This document shows, one piece after another, positions 14,528-23,856 of a stretch of 30,733 bases of DNA. The notes beneath the pieces were generated by a model. The model ran no database searches. It worked only from the letters and a program-made list of their open reading frames with translations, and had not been told where the DNA came from. How positions within the stretch are numbered: position 1 is the first letter of the stretch; every line of letters starts with the position of its first letter. The translations under genes were made by a program, and so were the position numbers. This stretch comes from an uncultured Fibrobacter sp. (GTDB lineage: Bacteria > Fibrobacterota > Chitinivibrionia > Chitinivibrionales > Chitinispirillaceae). The stretch covers positions 1 to 30,733 of the forward strand of contig CAYLVN010000001.1 in the NCBI GenBank assembly GCA_964387115.1, read 5' to 3'.

Positions 14528-17517
14528 TGTTTAGCCTCTTTCTGTTCAGGGCTGAAGTTCTTGATAAAAGGAAACTTGTAAACATCCTCCGTTACCTGTT
14601 CTGAACTGAGCGGTTCTTCATAATCTGGAGGTTTGGGAACAGACACCGTTGTCCTTATTGACATTAAAAGCAGAGGAAAAATCCCGTTATCATCGTTGCT
14701 TCTGCTTTCTGCCTGAATCGCTATGACGTTTTTACCCTTTCTGATTTTTCCCAGAAGATCCCAGGATCGTGCTTCAAAGCCCATACTCGCAGAAGTATCG
14801 GACATCAGTAATTCTCCATTGATAAAAACTACTGCTGGTCCCTTTGAGGCAAAAAAGAAAAGTGCAGAATCGGGAGTTTCCGTTGTAGTAAACGTCCTCC
14901 TGAATGTGACTTTCTTTTCAGGATGGTAGGATTCTTTCACGGCAGGGTTCCCTGAACCCAGCCACATGGGAAGAGGTGTTTTACCGGGAAAACCATTGAT
15001 TCCAACACTGTCATTGTAAATGGCTTTCTGTGCCTTCTCCCAGGCAGTATCCGACAAATCAATTTTCTCCCAGTTTTCTACTGTATCGGATGTACAGCGC
15101 CACTGTGAGCCGGTACCGATTGAAGACTGAATCAGCTGGTTTTCTTCGGAACCGTATTCTTCGGGAAAATTCTGATAGAGTCTGACATAGGCATGAGTGA
15201 CATATTCCCCGGTGGCATACTTCTGTTTTGTAAAATCAAGTATGGTTTTATAGATCTCAAAAGCCTGTTCCTGAAATTTCAGTCCGATCTCTTCAAACCT
15301 TATCTTGTATTCTTCTTTTTCAGTCTCATTTACATTTCCGGGAAAAGGCGGGTTTTTAAAAGCTGTTTCGCATAAAAGGTCCATGCAACGGGCTTTGGTA
15401 AAGAGGAGCTGAGCGATTTTGTTTTGAGAATCCCTGACACTGGGGTCATCAATTTTGTAGGCTTCAGCAATCTTGGTTGTTTTAAGATAGTTTGTCAATG
15501 CCTGATCCTCATATCCTTCAATCTGCTTGAGAAGCTTGGTCTGGTAGACAAATCTTTCATATGGATCAAAATTTTCCGGTATCGGGGCGTCTCTGGCGAT
15601 GTTGACTACATCAGCGTAAGTTTCTCCAACTACAAAGGAGATTTTTGTTATGCTGGCGCTGGCCTTCTTGTAATATTCACTGAACTCCTGATAAGTGCTG
15701 CCAAGTTCAAGGCACTTCAGGAACAGATCAATTGACTTCTCCTGAAACGGGGCAATCTTCTGCAGCATCTGAAGCTTACGTGCGATAAGGGCAAAGCCCT
15801 CCAGCTGACCCTTCTCACCTGTGCTTCTTGCTATTTCAACAAGAGAAAGGTAGTTCTCCCCTGCCGCATAGGGAAGGTAAGTCAGTTTCTGACGTGACTG
15901 CAGGACATATTTGTCTTCGATTTTTTCCTTTATTCCAAGCTTTACATTCTGCTCATGATAATGTACTGCCTTATTTATGAAATAGTTTTCGATTGCCTGG
16001 GCTATTCCAAGCTCCAGCGCAATCCGCTCTTCGATAGATCCAAAAGAAGGTCGCTCCTGTTTGAATATGCCCATGGCGAAATCTTCGTACGCCTGACCGA
16101 TCTCAAAAACAGAGCGGGTTGTCCATTCTGAAATATTGAACTTGACTACGCGCGAATAGGCTTCAAGAGCCTTATCTAGAAGGTCAGATTTCTGCCCGAG
16201 CTGCTTTTTATAGAGACCCCTGGCACTGCTCAGTTGTATCTTGTTCATCTCGGTATGTCTGATTTCACCGATAGTAAACATTGCCTTTGCAGCGTAAAAC
16301 TGGTTCATTGAACTGGGGCTTTTTAATCTGGCGAAAGTGGAAAGTGCTTTTTCAAGCTGTAGAATTGCTTCACTCTCATTATTCTGCATATAATAGGCAA
16401 TTCCGGTCATACAAAGTGCCTGAACAACCCTGTTTTCATCATTGCCGAATTTCTCTGTAAACAGCCGGCTTACACGTCCGACACTTTCCCAGTCTTTTAT
16501 CTTTCCGTAAATTTCTCCTGCCCTGAAAAGAACATCCGCTGCATCTTCAGACTGAGGAAAAAGCCGCGCCATTTTTTCAAACGTCGCTCCAGCTTCCTTG
16601 AGCTTGTCAGCATTTTCAAAACTGAATGCGGCATTATAAAGTGAGACAGATGCGAGTTCTGACTTAGGATAGCCGGCAGTAACCTTTAAATAGGATTCTG
16701 CAGCAAGATCCCACTGAAGGAGTTTCTCATAGCTCTTGGCGATTCTGAACTGAGCCTTGGGAAGAAGCTGTGAGGAAGAATATTTCTGCAGCAATCTCTG
16801 AAACACCAGAATCGCATGTGACCACTCAGCCTGCTTTTCGTAGCTTAACCCGGCATTGAACAGAGATATGTCTGCGATTTTGGCATCCGAGTACTCCAGA
16901 GAGATCCTTTCATACTGCTCAGCTGCATCCTTGAAACGACTTTCCGCCTCATACTTTTCTGCCATCCGGAACATCGATTCGGCAATTCTTGTCAGAGCTT
17001 CCTGTTTGTCGGCTCCATCAGCTGCTACATTACTGAGCTTTTTATACCACTCCTGTGCCTTATCAAAGTTTTTCTCTTCGTAGAAAGCCTGAGCTACCAT
17101 CTTGGTTGCTTCAAGTTCATTTGAAGTACCCGGATATTTATTTATTATCTCCATGTAAACATTACGACTCTGCTCAAAGAGGCGGTTGTTGTAAAGCATA
17201 GAGGCCTTGATTGTGTATACCTCGGCTGTTTTGGGTGTATTAGGGTTAACACTGATATAGTTGTCACATGCTCTGATCATGAGCTCCGATGCCGGAGACA
17301 GCCCTCCGGGAATCGACTGAACTTTCTCAGTACCAGTTTCTTTTTTTATTTTTGAACTGTCAATCACAGCCTGCGACACAGAGTCTGCAGCCTTCCTGTA
17401 GTCGGGTGTGTTGTTTCTGATCAATTTGCTGCCATTGTTTGCACAGCCGGCAAGCAAAAGAGCTGAAAACAAACTCAACATACCCTTGAACGGGAAGATG
17501 TTTACTCGATGAAACAT
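14524..17517 (-). CDS. large TPR lipoprotein (GltD/GltE-like) with a C-terminal galactose-binding-like jelly-roll domain
   Basis: Lipobox LLAGC; many BamD/CpoB-like TPRs (SLFNAGLSYE, AQFRIAKSYE, SLYNAAFSFE). C-terminal WRCT..NWEKIDLSDTAWEKA, FRRTF, VFINGE and GKNVIAI. Confidence 0.8.
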   Translation of the reverse strand: MFHRVNIFPFKGMLSLFSALLLAGCANNGSKLIRNNTPDYRKAADSVSQAVIDSSKIKKETGTEKVQSIPGGLSPASELMIRACDNYISVNPNTPKTAEVYTIKASMLYNNRLFEQSRNVYMEIINKYPGTSNELEATKMVAQAFYEEKNFDKAQEWYKKLSNVAADGADKQEALTRIAESMFRMAEKYEAESRFKDAAEQYERISLEYSDAKIADISLFNAGLSYEKQAEWSHAILVFQRLLQKYSSSQLLPKAQFRIAKSYEKLLQWDLAAESYLKVTAGYPKSELASVSLYNAAFSFENADKLKEAGATFEKMARLFPQSEDAADVLFRAGEIYGKIKDWESVGRVSRLFTEKFGNDENRVVQALCMTGIAYYMQNNESEAILQLEKALSTFARLKSPSSMNQFYAAKAMFTIGEIRHTEMNKIQLSSARGLYKKQLGQKSDLLDKALEAYSRVVKFNISEWTTRSVFEIGQAYEDFAMGIFKQERPSFGSIEERIALELGIAQAIENYFINKAVHYHEQNVKLGIKEKIEDKYVLQSRQKLTYLPYAAGENYLSLVEIARSTGEKGQLEGFALIARKLQMLQKIAPFQEKSIDLFLKCLELGSTYQEFSEYYKKASASITKISFVVGETYADVVNIARDAPIPENFDPYERFVYQTKLLKQIEGYEDQALTNYLKTTKIAEAYKIDDPSVRDSQNKIAQLLFTKARCMDLLCETAFKNPPFPGNVNETEKEEYKIRFEEIGLKFQEQAFEIYKTILDFTKQKYATGEYVTHAYVRLYQNFPEEYGSEENQLIQSSIGTGSQWRCTSDTVENWEKIDLSDTAWEKAQKAIYNDSVGINGFPGKTPLPMWLGSGNPAVKESYHPEKKVTFRRTFTTTETPDSALFFFASKGPAVVFINGELLMSDTSASMGFEARSWDLLGKIRKGKNVIAIQAESRSNDDNGIFPLLLMSIRTTVSVPKPPDYEEPLSSEQVTEDVYKFPFIKNFSPEQKEAKQ

Positions 17518-17549
17518 TTATTAACAGTAATTCCTTTCAACAATTCCTG

Positions 17550-20500
17550 TTATTTTGTGCTGCTTTCCTGCTTGAGCAGGTTCTGGGATGCCACAATTGC
17601 ATTCCATGCAGCAGTTTCCCTGTATTTGCTGTCGGGATATCGTTTTGATACAGCCATATATTCTTCTGCTGCCTGGAGGTAATTACCAAGAGAAAACTCG
17701 ATTTCCGCCAGGTTATAATGACACTCGTTGGCCATCGGCGATGCCGGGTATACAGTTATGAATTCTCTGTAAGAATCAAGAGAGGATAGATACAGTGTAG
17801 TATCGTTTTTCTGAAGGGCTAACTGATGATATCCGATCGCTCCATCATAAAGCAACCTGCAGGCTACACTGTCGGCCTGCTCCCGGACATCTTTCTTCTG
17901 AGACCTGGCCCAGGAGCTGTTACGGTTGTATTTTTTATAATAATCGATTTTTGTCTGATTCGTTTCCTCAATTGTTGACTCACGCTGCAATAACGCAAGC
18001 ATCTCCGCTTCGGCCATAGGATTTTTGGAATAATCGGGGAATGAATTCAAAAGCGTTCTGTAGGTCTTCAATGCCATATCAGTGCGCCCCTGGTCCCTGT
18101 ACACAGATCCAAGTCTGTGAAGAATCTGGCAGCCCTTATCATAATCACCGAGTTTTTTGATAAACTTAAGAGCCCGCTGCAGACCACCGTCACCCACCCC
18201 ATCGGTTTCACTGAAGCTGATTGCTATGTAGTCCATCGATTCCTTTTCAAGCAGAGGCTTTCTGTTGGGATTGGATTCTCCAAGACTCACCAGAGCAAGA
18301 AATGAGCTTATGGCCTTCTCCGGGTTTGACAGACGGTACTGTGCCCAGGCCAGTTTGTAAAGTGCCTCATCAAACCATTCACTTTCCGGATATCTCATCG
18401 CCGCCTGATAGCATTTGATTGCTCTGTCCAGTTCTCCGCGGTCAAAATTGTATTCACCACAGTACATCCAGGCCTGAGGAGTATGGTTGCTGTTTGGGTA
18501 AAGTGTGGCAAGCTGTTCCATATAGTATAAAGCGCTGTCCAGCATGGTGATATCATTATAGCACCATGCAAGGCTGTAGTAGGCCGGCGGGATGAATTTG
18601 GATTTCTGATATCCATTTATGACAGCCTTGAATTGTTCCATGCTTTTCTGGTGGTTAAGGCGGGGAGGAACCGGGATAGCTGGAGGCTCAAGAAGTTTAC
18701 CTTGCCGGTATTGTGATAAACTCAGCTCATAAGAAGTCATCTCTTTTTCATAGACCTCAAAATCGGCAGAATATTTCTTGTTCTCCTGAGTATAATAGAG
18801 CTCACCGAGCTGGTATTTGAAATAAGATTTATCTGCACTGTCTGAAACCGTATTTACAAGAGCCGGGAGTTCCTCTGCCAGCTTCTGGAAATGCCGCCTT
18901 GAAATGCTGTCTTCTTTAACCAGAAGAGAATCTATGCGTGCTGAACAGATCTGTTTTTCCTTTTTAAGGGAAAATATTTGAGCCGAATCCGTCGACTCTG
19001 AAATAAGTTCGTCAAGCTGGATATCCCTTTTTTTGACAAGTGATTTTTCCCAGTCTATATAATCCCTCTCCCAGCGAAACTTATCGATCGATGCCACAGA
19101 TGAGAATACCAGTGAGTTATCGACAATATCTTTAATTCGTTTGCGGTTGTGTCTTGCATTTGACAGCATTTTTCCGTATTTATTCTGTTGTTCGCCTCTG
19201 GCCTCGATTATTACGGAATCAAGGTAATGAAGAAGCCTCTCGCGTTTCTGTGAGAAACTTGTCTCCTGGAAAGATCCGGTCTTGTAGTGACGGATCAGAA
19301 GGTTGCAAATTTCGTTTACCCGGTCGTAAGTCTGGGATATTGATTTGTAATCCGGCACCTGCTCCTGGTGGATCCTGTCCAGAAGAGATGTCAGCTCACG
19401 GCGGGCATATGCGTATTTACTTGCATTAGCACGGTTCTTCTCTATAGCTTCTTTTTTGGAAATAGTTTCCAGCATCTGCAGTAGACGCTGTTCCTCATTT
19501 TTGAGGTATACAGCTTTTTTCCAGTCATAACCTGCTTTGTAAAGATTTCTTCTGGCAAGAATAAGAATACCTTCTGCACCAAGCGGCGATTCAGTAGACT
19601 GGCTTACAAGTTTACTGAGAGCCGTTTCTGCTTTATCATCCTGACCAAGACGAATATAGCACCAGAGTATTCCAAACATCGCACGGTCAAAGCTATTCTG
19701 TTCATTGAGAATATCATAGAACAGGGAAAGAGCTTTTTTGTAATTGCCAACCTCATAATAGAGCTGGGCAACGGCAAGATGTATTTCGCCATAAGCAAGT
19801 TCGTCCTCAGGAGAGTTACGGTTGTATTTTAAAGTACTCTCCATTATGGATAATGCGGTTGCTTTGTCATCGATCTGGAGATATGAACGTGCAAGTGCAT
19901 GCATCACATGCAGCGAATAAGAGGCATTTTTATCGACCTGAGATGCCAGATTCAGGAAATTTCCATCTTTGCGTAGTGCAAGCCCGCTTTCAAGCACCAT
20001 CCATATCAGAAGATTCTTTTTTCTGCCCGCAAAAGATGTAAACTTCAGAGTTTGGCCTTCAGCCCAGAGTTTTTCATAGTCTTTGAGAGCATAGAGGCTC
20101 TGAAATTTGTAAAGAATTCCGGAGAGGGAATCTTTTTCAGGAAACCTGGTGATTGTGGAAAGCACTTTATCGTATTCGCCTTCCTGAAACTGAACCTTGG
20201 CAAGCAAGTTATAAAGCTCATCAACTGCAACACCTGATTTGAAACGTCCCAGGAGGAGAAAAAGTTTCTTTTTGGCAAGATTTCTCTTATCTTCCTGGAT
20301 GTATTTGTAAATTCTATCCTTCTCAATCCGGTACATATTTGCCAGATCAGCTTTGCTTCCTTTTGATGCCAGGTAATCTTTGATGTGGTTTAGCTTATCA
20401 TAGTACTGCTCAGACTGAAATCCCAGATTGGCCCTGAGTATTTTAAAGAATTCTTCTTCCATAGGACCATTACTGCTTGCCTTTTTGTATTTCAACCCGA

Positions 20501-21029
20501 GTTCTTTCATCACAAAATCAAGGAGTGAATCGTTTGCATTCCATAAACTGTCAATCTGGTGTTTTATAGAGAGCATCTCGCTGATTCGCTTCATGTCTCC
20601 TTTTTCCAGAACCTCAAACATGCTCTCTACAGGCTCCCCGACAACCATCTCGCGAAGTATAGCCATAGCATCATTGAGCGGCGGTTTTAAAGCATCGATC
20701 TGTTCAAGAAGCGAAGCGTGAGTCTTCTCCAGAACCAGAGATCTGCTGTTAAGCTGCTCCATGCTGCCTGTCTTGAATCCTGTCAGCATCGAAGGGAAAA
20801 GCCCGATATCACGTATCTCAGCCAGAACATCAGATACAGCGGAGAGTTCCCGGGAGAGCATCTCGATTTTGTTCCATTCAGAACCAAACCGCAGTATCAG
20901 ATTTTCCCTGATCTGCCAGACATCTGTTTCTTCTTTGGGTTTACCAAATAGACAGTCCGGGCACAAAGCAAGAGCTACTCCTGCTATAAGCGCGCCTCTT
21001 TTAAGAAGATTAAAGACTGTCTTTTTCAT
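17550..21029 (-). CDS. large exported TPR protein (GltC/GltD-like)
   Basis: Signal peptide; TPRs including RAMFGILWCY, AYYSLAWCY, EALYKLAWAQYRL, EKESMDYIAISFSE and HYNLAEIEF. Confidence 0.8.
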   Translation of the reverse strand: MKKTVFNLLKRGALIAGVALALCPDCLFGKPKEETDVWQIRENLILRFGSEWNKIEMLSRELSAVSDVLAEIRDIGLFPSMLTGFKTGSMEQLNSRSLVLEKTHASLLEQIDALKPPLNDAMAILREMVVGEPVESMFEVLEKGDMKRISEMLSIKHQIDSLWNANDSLLDFVMKELGLKYKKASSNGPMEEEFFKILRANLGFQSEQYYDKLNHIKDYLASKGSKADLANMYRIEKDRIYKYIQEDKRNLAKKKLFLLLGRFKSGVAVDELYNLLAKVQFQEGEYDKVLSTITRFPEKDSLSGILYKFQSLYALKDYEKLWAEGQTLKFTSFAGRKKNLLIWMVLESGLALRKDGNFLNLASQVDKNASYSLHVMHALARSYLQIDDKATALSIMESTLKYNRNSPEDELAYGEIHLAVAQLYYEVGNYKKALSLFYDILNEQNSFDRAMFGILWCYIRLGQDDKAETALSKLVSQSTESPLGAEGILILARRNLYKAGYDWKKAVYLKNEEQRLLQMLETISKKEAIEKNRANASKYAYARRELTSLLDRIHQEQVPDYKSISQTYDRVNEICNLLIRHYKTGSFQETSFSQKRERLLHYLDSVIIEARGEQQNKYGKMLSNARHNRKRIKDIVDNSLVFSSVASIDKFRWERDYIDWEKSLVKKRDIQLDELISESTDSAQIFSLKKEKQICSARIDSLLVKEDSISRRHFQKLAEELPALVNTVSDSADKSYFKYQLGELYYTQENKKYSADFEVYEKEMTSYELSLSQYRQGKLLEPPAIPVPPRLNHQKSMEQFKAVINGYQKSKFIPPAYYSLAWCYNDITMLDSALYYMEQLATLYPNSNHTPQAWMYCGEYNFDRGELDRAIKCYQAAMRYPESEWFDEALYKLAWAQYRLSNPEKAISSFLALVSLGESNPNRKPLLEKESMDYIAISFSETDGVGDGGLQRALKFIKKLGDYDKGCQILHRLGSVYRDQGRTDMALKTYRTLLNSFPDYSKNPMAEAEMLALLQRESTIEETNQTKIDYYKKYNRNSSWARSQKKDVREQADSVACRLLYDGAIGYHQLALQKNDTTLYLSSLDSYREFITVYPASPMANECHYNLAEIEFSLGNYLQAAEEYMAVSKRYPDSKYRETAAWNAIVASQNLLKQESSTK

Positions 21030-21032
21030 TTT

Positions 21033-22169
21033 TTAAAATTCCAGAGATTCTTTTCTCTGTGATTTCCCCTCAGTACCCGGTTCCTGAAGGTGGTTGTCGA
21101 TATCCATCCTATTATCCTTTTTCCGGTTTTTCAGGATAAGATATGTTCTCATCATCTCAGCACTGGTTTTTTTGTAGCGTAGAGGAAAAGAGATTGAACC
21201 TGCCATTTTCCATTTTGTGAACCACGGGTCGAAAGGATCGGTTACATTATATTTCTCTCTTTCAATCGGATATTCCTGATTACCATAACCCATGCTTGAA
21301 TACTTGTTTCTGCTTAGAAGAACAGGTACAGATAAAGAAATAACAAGCCCGTTATCGTAACGAAGATTACCTCCCAGGGTGAGGTACATGGGATTTTCCG
21401 GAAAGAAAACAGCAAATCTCTTTCTTCCGTTATCCTGGGTCAGAACAAGCGGTTTGAACAGATTGTTGAAGGCTTCAAGAGTATAGATCGCAAAGAAATC
21501 GAAACCGTATCTGCTGTAAACAGCACCAGCATCAAGAAGATACTGAAAACAGTCCGCCCGGTCGGATCTGAAAGGCATGCGTAAACCTGCATTTGCTATT
21601 GCACGTAAAGGAATTTTGCTGATTCTGGGAAGCAGATCCAGCTCGTAAAGGAATTTGATATCTGCGGTCAATCCCTTTACCACGAATCCTTCCGGCATAA
21701 AACCATAATATCCCCCAAGAGTCGGATTTGTCTCAAAAAACTGGTAATTGAATTTAAAGTCAAGCCCGAAGCCGTTCAGACGAAGATCCTCGTTATTAGG
21801 GGTTGTTAATTTTAGTCCCGCTGCGATGTTCCCGAATTTAAAACGGTAGGAGAGGACTCTTGATTCCACATACGCTGTTCCGAAATCACCGAAACCAACC
21901 TGTGCTTTAATTTCCGGAAATCCGTAGAGATTCGAGAACCATTTCTGGGAACTCAGCACTGAAGAATCATTTTTGTCAGGAACATCGTCCCACACAAACC
22001 CTACTGCTGTCAGGGTAACCCAGATATTGCCGGGTCCGCTGGTATTTGAATTCTGAAGTTTGTAGAAAGACTCACCCCTGTTGCGCTTCTGGTTGCTCTG
22101 AGAAAAAGCCGACGGCACAGTAGAAATCAGGATAAGGACCGATGCACTGATAATCAGATTTAGTTTCAT
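21033..22169 (-). CDS. putative outer-membrane beta-barrel protein with a C-terminal tail (paralog 2)
   Basis: Signal peptide; many alternating hydrophobic/aromatic strands (GLDFKFNYQF, ADIKFLYEL, ANAGLRM, LGGNLRY). Shares terminal motifs with the upstream gene. Confidence 0.55.
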   Translation of the reverse strand: MKLNLIISASVLILISTVPSAFSQSNQKRNRGESFYKLQNSNTSGPGNIWVTLTAVGFVWDDVPDKNDSSVLSSQKWFSNLYGFPEIKAQVGFGDFGTAYVESRVLSYRFKFGNIAAGLKLTTPNNEDLRLNGFGLDFKFNYQFFETNPTLGGYYGFMPEGFVVKGLTADIKFLYELDLLPRISKIPLRAIANAGLRMPFRSDRADCFQYLLDAGAVYSRYGFDFFAIYTLEAFNNLFKPLVLTQDNGRKRFAVFFPENPMYLTLGGNLRYDNGLVISLSVPVLLSRNKYSSMGYGNQEYPIEREKYNVTDPFDPWFTKWKMAGSISFPLRYKKTSAEMMRTYLILKNRKKDNRMDIDNHLQEPGTEGKSQRKESLEF

Positions 22170-23248
22170 TCCAGATCCTCCAGCAGACTCTCTATCTCCT
22201 GCATCTTCTGATGTATTTCTTCCCGTTTCTGCAGTAGCTCTCTTTGCTGGGCTGCATCAGGCAGATCAGTCTTGAATTCGTCAAAGGTGATCTCGAAATC
22301 AGGCCGTATCGATTTTTGCTGCTCGATAATTTTGGTCACAAAGTCTTTTTTCTTTTCCCTTTCTTTCTCGACAAAAATCATCGTACGGATCGCTTCCGAA
22401 TTTGTTTCTCTGTAAAGGAGAGGAACCTCCACTGCACATGAGAGCCGCATGTAATTTGCGGGAAGAGGCCTGTCGTGCTTTACTCTCTGGAATATCAGGG
22501 TTCTAAGTGAACCCAGTAAACTTATTTTCTGAAAAAGCCTGTATCTGATACCCGGTTCAATCCAGAAAGTCTGCTGTTTGAAACCCTTGTCGCCTGAAGG
22601 CAGCAACAGGTTCGGTTTTTCTCTGTACAACCCCAGCCCTGCATCAAGAATTATACTGTTCTGATACAACTTCCATTCGAGCCCGATTTTAAATGAAAGC
22701 TGGTTGTACAGGTAAAGCATATCCGGATTATCGGACATGCTGAATGAGAAATAATTTTTCAATGGGAAATGACTTAACAGTGCAATCCAGTCCAGATCAA
22801 TAACAGCAGAGGGTCTGAAGAAAGGATTGTAATCAGGTCGTGTTTCTTTGGCTGAACCTATGAGAGTATCCTTGGTGGTTGACAAATAAAGGTCGCCATT
22901 AATACACATTCCGAAAAATCTCAGGTTATTATTCTCGGGTGTAGTGATCTGAAGCCTGCACTCTATTGCCCCCAGACCATGAAAGTTTGTAAAGGATGCT
23001 CTGCCGCTGAGCTGCATGATGTCTGAAATCCCTATTGCCACATTAAGACCTGGATCAGCTCTGAGACCAGTTTCTCCATATCCTCCCGACAGGGATATGC
23101 CCGCAGTGATATTGCCGTTACCGGCAACATTTGATGGACTGATATTGAATGTGCCCTCATTTCTGCCTCTCTTTACAGTCTGACCGTAAGACATCAGACT
23201 GCAGAAAAGAAGTAGAAGCATCGGGTAAATTGCAAATCTGCACATCAT
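22166..23248 (-). CDS. putative outer-membrane beta-barrel protein with a C-terminal coiled-coil tail (paralog 1)
   Basis: Signal peptide; amphipathic strands (GISLSGGYG, KIGLEWKL, LDAGLGLY, IEPGIRYRL, LSCAVEV). Charged helical C-terminus. Confidence 0.55.
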   Translation of the reverse strand: MMCRFAIYPMLLLLFCSLMSYGQTVKRGRNEGTFNISPSNVAGNGNITAGISLSGGYGETGLRADPGLNVAIGISDIMQLSGRASFTNFHGLGAIECRLQITTPENNNLRFFGMCINGDLYLSTTKDTLIGSAKETRPDYNPFFRPSAVIDLDWIALLSHFPLKNYFSFSMSDNPDMLYLYNQLSFKIGLEWKLYQNSIILDAGLGLYREKPNLLLPSGDKGFKQQTFWIEPGIRYRLFQKISLLGSLRTLIFQRVKHDRPLPANYMRLSCAVEVPLLYRETNSEAIRTMIFVEKEREKKKDFVTKIIEQQKSIRPDFEITFDEFKTDLPDAAQQRELLQKREEIHQKMQEIESLLEDLE

Positions 23249-23252
23249 CAGG

Positions 23253-23519
23253 TTACCTGCTGTTCTGTTCCTGTAAATTCCTGGATCCGGTAATTACTAC
23301 AGGAAGCAGAGTTGTTTTGTTGAATCTCTTCCCGCTTTTTCTCAGTTGTTTTTTAAATTCTCTAAGCGATTCAAGATCCTCCAGCGTAAAGAGGCGCCAG
23401 CCGTTGTAGTTGCGCTGGTTTGAGATATTCAGCTGGGGCTCTTCCAGCCACCGCTTAAGAGTCGACAATGAGATGCGGAGTTTTTTGGCCATTTGTCCGC
23501 TGGTCAGGTACTGTGACAT
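23253..23519 (-). CDS. small stand-alone MerR-type helix-turn-helix DNA-binding protein (88 aa)
   Basis: YLTSGQMAKKLRISLSTLKRW...RNYNGWRLFTLEDL. ATG 23519 has an AAGGAG RBS; no effector domain. Confidence 0.85.
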   Translation of the reverse strand: MSQYLTSGQMAKKLRISLSTLKRWLEEPQLNISNQRNYNGWRLFTLEDLESLREFKKQLRKSGKRFNKTTLLPVVITGSRNLQEQNSR

Positions 23520-23690
23520 CAATACCGCTCCTTTACCTATTGACAAAGTTAAATGGTGAAAGAATACAATATATGGTATAGTCGTGTTTAAAGAGATACA
23601 TCAGATGGTATTCCTTGATAAGCCATTGATTTTGTTGCAATTAAATTGTCCTTAAACCCTTTCATAAACCTATTCATTAAACCCGTTCTA

Positions 23691-23718
23691 ATTATATTAT
23701 GTTTCCTACCATTGTCAA
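23691..23718 (-). promoter_or_regulatory. consensus sigma70 promoter for the 18-gene operon
   Basis: Minus strand TTGACA-N16-TATAAT, both hexamers perfect, ~170 nt upstream of the HTH gene. Confidence 0.7.
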
Positions 23719-23856
23719 TAATTTTTAATAAAATTGGTTTCCATTGTCAGGCTTTTAATTCAAGAGAGTGCAAGGAGTAACAGTGGAATGTTTATTGCTC
23801 AACATGGATAGAAGCCTTGTACAACTCCAGCGAGGTACAATATATAAGGAGAATAT

